Virus record (IMG/VR): IMGVR_UViG_3300047463_000135 | Location: 1-64,000 of that record | From: a virus | Taxonomy: Duplodnaviria; Heunggongvirae; Uroviricota; Caudoviricetes; Schitoviridae | Strand: one strand, 5' to 3' | Length of the DNA: 64,000 nt | Part shown: piece by piece, positions 26,844 through 36,000 of the stretch | Position numbering within the stretch: the stretch's first letter is position 1 | Layout of the letters: every line of letters starts with the position of its first letter | The notes under the pieces: model-generated | Told to the model about the DNA's origin: nothing | What the model saw: the letters and a program-made list of their open reading frames with translations, nothing else | Databases searched by the model: none | Position numbers and translations under genes: made by a program

Positions 26844-27152
26844 ATGAGCCATGTAGACCCAGATGTTTTGTCTTTCATGGTAGCCGTATTAATGTCTTGT
26901 GTTACAGCCTACGTATCTATAGTTCGCAAAGTAATGAGGAAGAAAGGAACCATTAGCAAACTCTGGGTAAGCCATGAGATCATGATGTGTTTACTAGCCT
27001 TCTTATTTGCACTTGAGTTATATCCGCAGTTAGCTTCATTGTTACCTGCATTCATAACTAAAGCTGTATTTGCTGCAACCTGTGTTCACATGAGTAGTAG
27101 GCTTGTCATGTACTTGGAGGAGCGTGTGAGCACTGCTCTCAAAGGTAATTAA
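26844..27152 (+). CDS. Membrane protein (3 TM); possible holin-like protein
   Basis: 102 aa, hydrophobic, with a GGAG motif upstream. Confidence 0.35.
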   Translation: MSHVDPDVLSFMVAVLMSCVTAYVSIVRKVMRKKGTISKLWVSHEIMMCLLAFLFALELYPQLASLLPAFITKAVFAATCVHMSSRLVMYLEERVSTALKGN

Positions 27153-27155
27153 ACC

Positions 27156-27178
27156 AAGGACCTTAGGGTCCTTTTTAT
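27156..27178 (+). terminator. Terminator (AGGACC-TTA-GGGTCCT + TTTTTAT)
   Basis: Read directly. Confidence 0.6.
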
Positions 27179-27493
27179 GTGGAGACTGTTATGGTCCATA
27201 AAACCGTAGGATTACTACGTAATGTAATCAAGAAGCGTAAGCAGTTTATTGCACTCGCTAAGAACATTGTCAAAGCTGATAACGCATTAGTTATTACACT
27301 TACAGATAATACTTTAGCTGTAGGTGGCTTTACTGACAGTAATGCAGTGCAATTGTTTATGCTTGGTCGTGCAACAGGACAGTGTGTAGAAGCAAGTTAT
27401 AATCGCAATCCTGAGATTGATGTATTTGATAACTTAGCTCAACCAAACATTGTTGCTACAACATACCTTACTAAAAAGGGAATCATTGAATGA
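27179..27493 (+). CDS. Hypothetical protein
   Basis: 104-aa ORF. Confidence 0.45.
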   Translation: METVMVHKTVGLLRNVIKKRKQFIALAKNIVKADNALVITLTDNTLAVGGFTDSNAVQLFMLGRATGQCVEASYNRNPEIDVFDNLAQPNIVATTYLTKKGIIE

Positions 27494-28089
27494 TAGTCTA
27501 CGGTCTTTGTGGTGCTCATCGCACTGGGAAGACCACATTGTGTAAAGAATTAGAACGAGTAGGGTTTACACCTATCGAAATGAATCTTAGTCATGCACAA
27601 GCTCAGTTAGGTTATAACTCGGCTAATCAGACTTACCCTTGGGAAACCAGACAGAAGATTCAAGAAGGTTTGCTTAAATATATGGCAGAAACCATTGACC
27701 GTATATTAACTAAGATGTCCCCATTCAGACGTAAAACTTCATACATCTTTGATAGAACGCCACTCGATTTAATTGGTTATGCAATGTTGGCTTTTCCACC
27801 TAATGCAACAGAAGCAGATCATGCATGGATGCAATGGTACATAACTCATTGTGTTCGTATTACTAACAAACACTTTGATAAAGTGTATTTATTACAACCC
27901 GGTATCCCATTAGTTCATTCACCTACGTCAGGTCCATTGGACACAAGTATGATTGAACAACTAAACCAAACTTACTTAGCTCAGTTTCTTAGTCCCGATG
28001 TGACTATACCTAAATTCGTCTTCCCACGTGAAGCAACTGATTTAATGGTTAGAGCTAAGTTAATCAAACAGGATGAACTTAATGAATAG
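27490..28089 (+). CDS. P-loop kinase-like NTPase (possibly a nucleotide kinase)
   Basis: Walker A GLCGAHRTGKTTL; Walker B-like YIFDRTPLD. Confidence 0.5.
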   Translation: MIVYGLCGAHRTGKTTLCKELERVGFTPIEMNLSHAQAQLGYNSANQTYPWETRQKIQEGLLKYMAETIDRILTKMSPFRRKTSYIFDRTPLDLIGYAMLAFPPNATEADHAWMQWYITHCVRITNKHFDKVYLLQPGIPLVHSPTSGPLDTSMIEQLNQTYLAQFLSPDVTIPKFVFPREATDLMVRAKLIKQDELNE

Positions 28090-28429
28090 CTTCACTATGT
28101 ACTACTGGTTTATGCCTATTGGTTTTTACTTCACCCTTGGAGTAGCAATGGCAATCTGTGTAGGTATTGTCTTTTGTAAGTTGTGCTCTTGGTTACTGGG
28201 TTTAATTCCTAAACGAGTACCTAAGATCGTAGCACCACCTTATATTAAATACTTAAATGTTAAAGCTTCTAATAAGATTGTGACTGTCTCATGTGTATTC
28301 AAAGATCAGTCTTATGTGCATAGTGTTCTCGTTGCTTCGCACGGTTCTGTGAGTGAGGCTGCTATGGCAGCACAAACAGAATTAATCGCTAAGATTGCGG
28401 AGGAACACGATGGAAGCGAACATTATTAA
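28073..28429 (+). CDS. Membrane protein
   Basis: 118 aa with two N-terminal TM helices. Confidence 0.4.
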   Translation: MNLMNSFTMYYWFMPIGFYFTLGVAMAICVGIVFCKLCSWLLGLIPKRVPKIVAPPYIKYLNVKASNKIVTVSCVFKDQSYVHSVLVASHGSVSEAAMAAQTELIAKIAEEHDGSEHY

Positions 28430-28766
28430 AGTATCAAACTTACTGAACGTCATGGGCTTATTAGCTCATGCAATCCACTCAGGTATTAAACCAACAGTGG
28501 ATCATCAGTCTAAACGTGTTATGGAGCAGGTCAATGAAATTGTGACTGATATCCCTAACCGTAGCTCGTGGCGTAAGTATGCTGATCCTCAAGAAGTATT
28601 TATTGAGCCAGAAGCAGTACATGCATTTATCAAGCTACAGTCAGCTGTAGCTACATTCAATACAGCTCAGTACTTAAATAACACTGCTTTAACTACAGCA
28701 GCAGTTATGACTATTGAGCACTATCTAAATATCATTCGTGAACAACACGGATTAAAACATCTATAA
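28395..28766 (+). CDS. Hypothetical protein
   Basis: 123-aa ORF. Confidence 0.45.
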   Translation: MRRNTMEANIIKVSNLLNVMGLLAHAIHSGIKPTVDHQSKRVMEQVNEIVTDIPNRSSWRKYADPQEVFIEPEAVHAFIKLQSAVATFNTAQYLNNTALTTAAVMTIEHYLNIIREQHGLKHL

Positions 28767-28825
28767 CGCACTCACACCGCAGCTATCGTAAGCTTACGCT
28801 TACTGGCTGCTGTTCGTGCTAAGGA

Positions 28826-29209
28826 ATGACAATGGAAAATATTCTATTTGGTGTTGCTATTGGTATGCTCTTTGGTGTTTTCCTCTTCTGGTTATCTCAG
28901 AAGACTGCTAAGCCTAAAGAAGTAGTTGTTAATAAACTAGAAACAGATATTAATGACTATGAATTACCTGAGCCACTACCAGTACTTGTACCATTTAATG
29001 TACTACGTAGCTTGGAACAAACAGGTGATGTACTAACAGTTACCTGGAAGTATAAAGACTGTAAAAGCTTTCGTGCTTTTGTGGTAGACCCTGACAAATC
29101 ATTGGCAGATAACAAACTAGCATTTGAAAAGTTTGTACAGCTTCAAGAGATGCGCTTCTATATTCGTAACGCATCAAGCTTCCCACTTCGTAAAGGTAAA
29201 AAGAAATGA
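28826..29209 (+). CDS. Membrane-anchored hypothetical protein
   Basis: N-terminal TM segment; contains LPVLVPFNVLRSL, which resembles the PLVPF-V motif of the small-protein family. Confidence 0.45.
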   Translation: MTMENILFGVAIGMLFGVFLFWLSQKTAKPKEVVVNKLETDINDYELPEPLPVLVPFNVLRSLEQTGDVLTVTWKYKDCKSFRAFVVDPDKSLADNKLAFEKFVQLQEMRFYIRNASSFPLRKGKKK

Positions 29210-29874
29210 GTGAATTAGTACTCGCTATCAGTCGTAATCAATTGGCACTACAAGGCGTTTCTGGTACAGGTGTATTTCCATTCCGTTTGGATGAAGTAAA
29301 CCAACACCATTATGCTTGGCTACCTCGTGAACTTGCAGACAGCAAGATAGAACGAGATCAAACCATGGTATTGGGAAATTTGTTCCCTCAAATCCTTGGT
29401 TACTTTCAGTTAGTATATGAAGGTAAATACCTTGTGTATAAACGTAAAGGTAAAGAAGGTGCATTACACGGTAAATGGTCTATCGGTATCGGTGGGCATG
29501 TAAGCCATGAAGATTTAGATGAATTAGCATCTAATGCTTATGAAATCTATCCAACTATTGCTAGTCTAGTTTACACAGGTTCTCTACGTGAGCTTGAAGA
29601 AGAAACTAAATTGGTAATCACTTGGTTTGAAGAATTCAATTCATCTGATGACTTCTGTGAAGCATTTAATACTATTCTGGTATCAGAAGGTAATGATGCA
29701 TCACTTGTACACGTAGGTATCCCAGGTACTCTTGTACTTAACAAAGAACAGTTTGAAGGTTTAGACTTAGAAGAGTCTGAATTTTTAGACCCACAATGGC
29801 TGACAGTTGAAGAACTAAAAGCTAATCTCGATAACTTTGAAGACTGGTCACAAGTCTTAATTAAAGAGATGTAA
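29206..29874 (+). CDS. Nudix hydrolase
   Basis: Nudix box GHVSHED...GSLRELEEETKL (Gx5Ex7REUxEExGU pattern). Confidence 0.6.
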   Translation: MSELVLAISRNQLALQGVSGTGVFPFRLDEVNQHHYAWLPRELADSKIERDQTMVLGNLFPQILGYFQLVYEGKYLVYKRKGKEGALHGKWSIGIGGHVSHEDLDELASNAYEIYPTIASLVYTGSLRELEEETKLVITWFEEFNSSDDFCEAFNTILVSEGNDASLVHVGIPGTLVLNKEQFEGLDLEESEFLDPQWLTVEELKANLDNFEDWSQVLIKEM

Positions 29875-29906
29875 AAAATAAGCCCTCGAAAGAGGGCTAT
29901 TTTTAT
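29872..29906. terminator. Bidirectional terminator (AGCCCTC-GAAA-GAGGGCT flanked by A6 and T5) between convergent gene blocks
   Basis: Read directly. Confidence 0.65.
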
Positions 29907-30484
29907 TATTCAATTTCTAGGTCTACTACATAGCCTGCCGGGATATCCATAGGATCACCTGGGACCATTAAACCATCTTGAACAGATACTGATTTAAATA
30001 CTACTCTCATACCTCCTGTTACTTCATAGTTCTCTACGAAACACATAGGCTGACCTAAGTAGTTAATTGGAACTACACAGCCCCACAACTTATAAGTTAT
30101 ACGAGATGCTGTTAAGAAGTATGTGCCTACATCTTCTCTAGCCCATGCAGTACCTGCAGGTAGGTTACGAAAGCGATCAATGAAAGCATCATTAGATACT
30201 GACATCACCTTCTCACCTCTACGTAGTGTATGGTTTGCATCTTCAAAGTAACCAATGTTACGAATGAAACTAGTAGTTGATGTAGCTCCTGTACCACCAC
30301 GTTCAATAGGTAAAGCATTAGGAAGTTTTACTTCTGATTTACCACCACTAAGCCATGAGAAGATTAGTGTATTAGCTTGCTCTGCTTTAATAGCATGGAT
30401 ACGAATAGGATCACCTTTCTTATCATTTGCTACTTCACCATAATTAAATCTTTCACGCTCCCATTGAGCTAGTTTAGTTGCCAT
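29906..30484 (-). CDS. Hypothetical late protein (possibly structural, tail-associated)
   Basis: 192-aa ORF at the end of the late minus-strand block. Confidence 0.4.
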   Translation of the reverse strand: MATKLAQWERERFNYGEVANDKKGDPIRIHAIKAEQANTLIFSWLSGGKSEVKLPNALPIERGGTGATSTTSFIRNIGYFEDANHTLRRGEKVMSVSNDAFIDRFRNLPAGTAWAREDVGTYFLTASRITYKLWGCVVPINYLGQPMCFVENYEVTGGMRVVFKSVSVQDGLMVPGDPMDIPAGYVVDLEIE

Positions 30485-30755
30485 AACCTAAGCTCCTATT
30501 ATACTCATCAACAATACGAACAATGCTTTGATGCCTGTCGCTACAGTCAACGTACTTAAAAAGAACATCATTAGACCATCTAAAAAGTGTGCTATTTGCT
30601 CCATCATTTAGCTCCTGTATCAGTGGGCAACTCTGACTCAGGTTGGCCGGAAGAATTAAGGGATGTGATTTGACTATTGAGTTGGTACAACCAAGCATCA
30701 TCAAAACATACACTGTGGTTATCAGAGTCACTGATAACTTTTTCAATTTGAACAT
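30474..30755 (-). CDS. Outer-membrane spanin (Rz1-like lipoprotein) overlapping the Rz gene in a different frame
   Basis: Signal peptide with lipobox LMMLGC-T; embedded/overlapping architecture with the upstream Rz-like gene. Confidence 0.55.
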   Translation of the reverse strand: MFKLKKLSVTLITTVYVLMMLGCTNSIVKSHPLILPANLSQSCPLIQELNDGANSTLFRWSNDVLFKYVDCSDRHQSIVRIVDEYNRSLGYGN

Positions 30756-30999
30756 TAGAGATATTCCTATCTATTTCACGTTGAGCTTTACGCTCTTCGT
30801 ATTGCTTACTGATTTCATTGCTTGCTTGCTGCTGCTCAATAATCACTTTAACTTCTTGAGTTTTATTCTTGATTAACTGTGATTGCAGACCGAGGATCAT
30901 CTCTCCTCGGTACGTTGCAATTCCACCAAATACAAGAGTAGTGAGTATGAAGAAGGGCATCAATAAAGGTGAAATCTTATTGTATACCTTCCATAACAT
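30604..30999 (-). CDS. Inner-membrane spanin (Rz-like)
   Basis: N-terminal TM segment followed by a coiled-coil periplasmic domain; lies immediately downstream of the endolysin. Confidence 0.55.
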   Translation of the reverse strand: MLWKVYNKISPLLMPFFILTTLVFGGIATYRGEMILGLQSQLIKNKTQEVKVIIEQQQASNEISKQYEERKAQREIDRNISNVQIEKVISDSDNHSVCFDDAWLYQLNSQITSLNSSGQPESELPTDTGAK

Positions 31000-31000
31000 A

Positions 31001-31588
31001 TTATGCTCCTGAATACTTCTTATAAGCTGCTGCTAACTTAGTGTCATACTTATTGTCCTTATACTTAGGACCATTGTATGCCTTAGCAAATGCTTCCCAG
31101 TTCTTAGACTGGATATGCTTAATTAAACCATTGTGTTTGATGAAGCGACACATAGCATCAAGTTGTGATACCTCATCTTTATACATAGCATTTATGAAGC
31201 TCTGTAAGCTCGTATAGCCAAGGTCTTTCCAGTTACTACCTAACACTTGTCCTAAACCCCAAGAAGCTGATTCAAGTGCTACGTCACGATTAAGCTTACA
31301 TGCTCTAGCTAGACGAGTATGTTGTTCTGACTCTTTACCATAACCACCCCATGTAGGGTTACAAATGTCAGGATATGCTTTGTACCATTCTTTAGCTTTG
31401 GTTACCCAATTAATAGCAATCAAACCATTGTAGAACTTATGACGTTCAAACAAGATGACTGGTGTACCATCATCATTGAAACCATGGCCTTTACATTCAA
31501 CATCCATTACAGCTAATAATGCTGCTTCATCAATGTTGTATTCCTTTGCTTTAGCTGCAACTTCGGCAGCAGTAATAAACTTACCCAT
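31001..31588 (-). CDS. Endolysin, N4 gp61-type N-acetylmuramidase family
   Basis: N-terminal AALLAVMDVECKGHGFNDDGTPVILFERHKFY matches the conserved start of the N4 gp61-like muramidase family; adjacent to the spanin genes. Confidence 0.6.
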   Translation of the reverse strand: MGKFITAAEVAAKAKEYNIDEAALLAVMDVECKGHGFNDDGTPVILFERHKFYNGLIAINWVTKAKEWYKAYPDICNPTWGGYGKESEQHTRLARACKLNRDVALESASWGLGQVLGSNWKDLGYTSLQSFINAMYKDEVSQLDAMCRFIKHNGLIKHIQSKNWEAFAKAYNGPKYKDNKYDTKLAAAYKKYSGA

Positions 31589-31660
31589 AGTAGTTTCCTA
31601 CACGATTAAAGATGATGTATTATTACAGACTCTTTATTAGGAATCAAAAAGGCTATTACT

Positions 31661-31873
31661 ATGGCAGATACAGCACCAGAAACAGCAAAAGGTCTAAGCT
31701 TAGATCAAATGAAATTACTAAGTGATTTCAGTAACGTAGTTCAATCTCGTCAATTCAATAAGCAAGTTAAGATCAGTAAGTTGGTTTTATCGTACGATGA
31801 AGTTGATGGATTCACTATTGATTTGGTCGAAACCAAAGTACCTACACAGGTATCTCCTACAGCTACTGCATAA
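31661..31873 (+). CDS. Hypothetical small protein
   Basis: 70-aa ORF in the gap between minus-strand genes, followed by a terminator. Confidence 0.3.
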   Translation: MADTAPETAKGLSLDQMKLLSDFSNVVQSRQFNKQVKISKLVLSYDEVDGFTIDLVETKVPTQVSPTATA

Positions 31874-31885
31874 ACAGCAGATACT

Positions 31886-31917
31886 AAAAAGCCCCTTAAT
31901 AGGGGCTTTTCTTTTTA
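31886..31917. terminator. Bidirectional terminator (AAAAGCCCC-TTAATA-GGGGCTTTT)
   Basis: Read directly. Confidence 0.65.
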
Positions 31918-32622
31918 GTAGCCTGTGACATCTACAATTAAAAGATCATAATCATTTTGCATATGATTCTCCCAATATCCACCACCACCTCCCCAATAAG
32001 GTTCACCTCTAAAGGAATACGAGTACCGTACTTCAATAGTACTACCATTATTACTATTAATAGCGATAGAGGTCCATAAAGAAGTAGTAGAGCGATCTGA
32101 TTCAATAGGAGTCATGATTGCACCTAGAGGAGGTTGTCCAAAGACTACCGCTACTTTTTTACCTGGGTAGGTTTTCTTAAATAAAGATATCTCATTGAAC
32201 TGTTGCTCTTTGCTAATAGTACCTGTAATACGATCAAGTACACGTAAAGGTTTAGCATTACTGTTATATAGTAGCTGTCCTGTTGGACCATATACAGACA
32301 AACCATAATTAGAATCAGGCATGTTCTTCTCAAAATTATACGCTGTAACGCTATATAAATTATTTTGAGATTCCTTAGGTGGGAACACTACACCAACCAT
32401 TAAAGCAAGAGTCGGGTTATTAAAGTTTTGTGAGTGATCTCCTGCAATAGCAACCGCAAAAGGTTTATCATCTACAGAAGAATATGCTCTTAATGAAGGG
32501 CGTGTATCATAAGGATACATACCAATTTTATAATCCGTCTTACCATACATGGTTAAGTTATTATAATCATCATCAATTTGAACAGAGTTACCTGTATTCT
32601 TAACTTCAAACATTGTAGCCAT
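31915..32622 (-). CDS. Hypothetical virion or tail protein
   Basis: 235-aa ORF, Gly/Asn-rich. Confidence 0.45.
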   Translation of the reverse strand: MATMFEVKNTGNSVQIDDDYNNLTMYGKTDYKIGMYPYDTRPSLRAYSSVDDKPFAVAIAGDHSQNFNNPTLALMVGVVFPPKESQNNLYSVTAYNFEKNMPDSNYGLSVYGPTGQLLYNSNAKPLRVLDRITGTISKEQQFNEISLFKKTYPGKKVAVVFGQPPLGAIMTPIESDRSTTSLWTSIAINSNNGSTIEVRYSYSFRGEPYWGGGGGYWENHMQNDYDLLIVDVTGY

Positions 32623-33014
32623 TACATTACTCCATACTTAACAACACAGCCTTTAAATACATTATAAGACTTAGACGTATAATATTTAGATTGTTGTACA
32701 GTTAAGGTATTACCTGAAAAGGAAGCAGCTACCTTATTAGTATTCACAGCAATACCTGCTGCCCACGAAAAATAGTTAGTATTACGGGTGTCATAGGTAT
32801 CATAAAAAATTTCCCACCGGATAGGTATAGTTGAAAAATTCTTATTCTCAATAGAATAGAAAGGTGTACCTGTCGTGAAACCATTAGATGAAACTGTATG
32901 TGCATTGTAGTCATCATTTGCTAACGTCATATCTCCAATGTAACGTGTGAGCTTACTGTCCACACCAATAACTAAGTTACCATTTGGATCATACACTTCT
33001 AAACCTTGTGGCAT
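32622..33014 (-). CDS. Hypothetical virion or tail protein
   Basis: 130-aa ORF coupled to the downstream gene; RBS GGAGG. Confidence 0.45.
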   Translation of the reverse strand: MPQGLEVYDPNGNLVIGVDSKLTRYIGDMTLANDDYNAHTVSSNGFTTGTPFYSIENKNFSTIPIRWEIFYDTYDTRNTNYFSWAAGIAVNTNKVAASFSGNTLTVQQSKYYTSKSYNVFKGCVVKYGVM

Positions 33015-33022
33015 ATAAACCT

Positions 33023-33054
33023 CCTACAAAAATAAAGGGCTACCGAAGTAGCCC
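33023..33054 (-). terminator. Terminator on the minus strand (GGGCTAC-TTCG-GTAGCCC + TTTATTTTT) after the tail fibre gene
   Basis: Read directly on the reverse complement. Confidence 0.55.
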
Positions 33055-33059
33055 AGATA

Positions 33060-36000
33060 TTACCATAAACCTAACTTTACCCGTACTACGTTGTTATCGT
33101 CATACACAGTAATCAAACTACCTTGCATAACCATACGAGCTTTATTTGGCTGACTTGGGTCTTTATAAGTAGTCAGTGTACCTAACGTACCAGAAATAGC
33201 TGATAACTCATTTACGTGAAGTTTAGTAGCTTCAATAGAACCATCAACAATCAATTCACCACCTGAACGTCTACGTACAGTTACATCACCAATGTTCCAG
33301 TATGTAGGGTTTGCTTCATTATCCCATTGCTCAATCTGGAAGTATAGAGCACCTGATTTAGCTAAGCGACCTGAACCATTATTAGCTACAGTCATCGTAC
33401 GTCGGTAACGATACCATCCACCTTGAACTTGATAGAGCTGTTCAGCAGGGCCATATTGCCATGGTGTAGTGCCTGTTTGACCCCAATCATCGTATACCCA
33501 TAACCCTACACCTAAAGGTCTATTAGGGCCACCACCAAGTGCTGCAGTATACTCAATTACAATTTGATCTCCAGGTCTTACAGGCATTTTTAAACTATAC
33601 GCTACGTGGTCACGACCGTAGATCTGCATACCGTAACCACCAATTTCAGTAATATCAGCAATCATTTTAGCCCTGCTATTAACCAACAATGGGCCGTTAG
33701 GGTCAAAGTATCGATTAGGCCATAAGTTATCAGTAAGACCAATAGTCATCTTATCTGCAGAGATACTACCTGCTTTAATACGTGCAGCATCAATGTATCC
33801 AGAAGTAATCTTAGCTGCATCTAAGTTAGCAATCTTAGCATTGGTAATAGAAGCATCAGCGATATGTGCAGTACCAATGGTTGCATTAGCAATCATGGCT
33901 ACATCAATCCAAGTACCTGCAGGATATGTAGTTCCATCAATTGTTTGAGGGGATGTTAAAACCATAAATGGTTTCTTTCGGTTTGATGTAGAAGTACCTA
34001 CATAAAAGTAATCAGCATTGACACCGAAAGCAGACTGTACAACTCCATTAACAAGCTGAGAAATCAAACCATACCCAGAAATAAATCCATTATTATCAAC
34101 CGATACTGTACTAATAGCTTTAATACCATCTACTGTTTGATTAGTAACTTGTAAGGTTGTTGTATTGGTATCTATTTTATTAGTAATGTCTTTAGGTAAG
34201 TATTGTGATGTATATAGTAATGGAGTAAACATACTACCGTCTGCAGGGTCTACTTGATTATCATCACTGTTAGGCAACCAGATAGAAGCATTGCGTGGAA
34301 TGCTTGCATAATACTTACCACCACCACGTAACCAAATAACTTCCCTGCTTGAAGCGCCTAACTGATCTAATCTGATGCATGGAGGTAAATCAGTCCACTG
34401 CCACACAAAAGCATGTACTAATCTATTAACACTGACAGCTCCCCATGCAGAACCTGAAACTTCCCACTTAATATCAACAGTAAATCCACCTGGATGCCCT
34501 TGCCATGTTGGATGTGATCTATTATCTAAGATAGCCCATACACGTAAATTATTACGGGCAAGATTTAAACCACCAATACCAATTGGATACCACTTATTCT
34601 GATCAAAACGTGGGTCAGTTAGATCAATGTCAACTTGCTTATTATTTAAATAGCCACTCTCAGCCATAGAAGTTAATGCGGTTACTTGACTAGCTTGGGA
34701 AGAAACCACACCATTAAGATCACTAACAGTAGTTGTTAATGCACTCACTGCATTAGCAGTAGCTGCGGCTTGTTCTTCTACAGATTCAGGTGCATACATA
34801 TTAACAACTAAAGATGATAACAATACACTACTAGTAAATCCTGCTAAACCATAACCGTTATAACAAATAACATCTACAGTATTTAAACCTTGTTTTAAGC
34901 TGATTACTAGATTGGCTGTAGGACCGTAAGCTTCTTTAGTAAAATTCAACACACCATTGACATAAATAGAGTGAGCATCATCACCTGTAAAGCTACCTAA
35001 ATTTACTAATGCATCCGTGTTTACCTGAACAATAGTCCTAAAATAGAGAACAGTATTGTCATACTCTGAACCTGAGAACATTGTATTACCATCTGCACAG
35101 TAAATACGTTTATTTTTAATGCCCGTTTTTAACGTACTAAAATCAGGATTGACACCTTGACTAACCCATCCAGCATCTTTAGGAATTACATGCGTTAATA
35201 GCCATTGGTTTGCTTTAGTGGTATCACGCTTAGAAGGTAATACATTCATATCCAAAGTAGCTTTAACGTTGCTGATAGATTGACTATTGACAGTAATGTT
35301 ATTCTCAGTTTGTTCAACACGACCTGTCAGTAAATGGGTAACATCAAACAATCCAGTAATATTACCTTCTGCAGTATTAACACGCCCTGTAAGGTTTGTA
35401 AGATCAGAAGCAGTAGAAGTAATTTTACTATCTACACGTTCAACACCTGCACGGTTCTCAGCAATAGAAGCAGCAGTAGCATCTAATCGTGTTTGCGTTT
35501 CTTCTGCAGATTCAGACCAGTCAGAGCCAATTAATCCACGCTCTAATTTAACCTCAGAGATTAATACCTGTGTGCCGTTAGGCATTGTAGGACCAAGGTA
35601 CATAACCAAGTTAATAGAATCAGTTACTGCATATCCTTTAACTGTGTAGCGTTTCCACTTATTAGTTAGTTGTAGATAGCTGCTATTAGGTTCTATTAAC
35701 TGAATACCTTCAGTCATTAGAGATAAGACTTCTGTACCATTATCCCCATAGGCCCAAATAGAACATGTTAATGGCTCACCTGCTTTGAACTTACCAGTGA
35801 CAGGTTGATACATACCTGCACCACCCCATCCATTGATTTGCCATACAGCTTTACGACCATTAGGAGGGAACTCTACATTAGGCCAATCACTCTTTTTAAT
35901 TAATTCAGTGTGTCCACCATTACCAATCCAAGAACCATAGTTGTAATCATCTAATGCTGACTCTTTCAGTAAGTTCATATTGCCTGAATACAGCGAAGCA

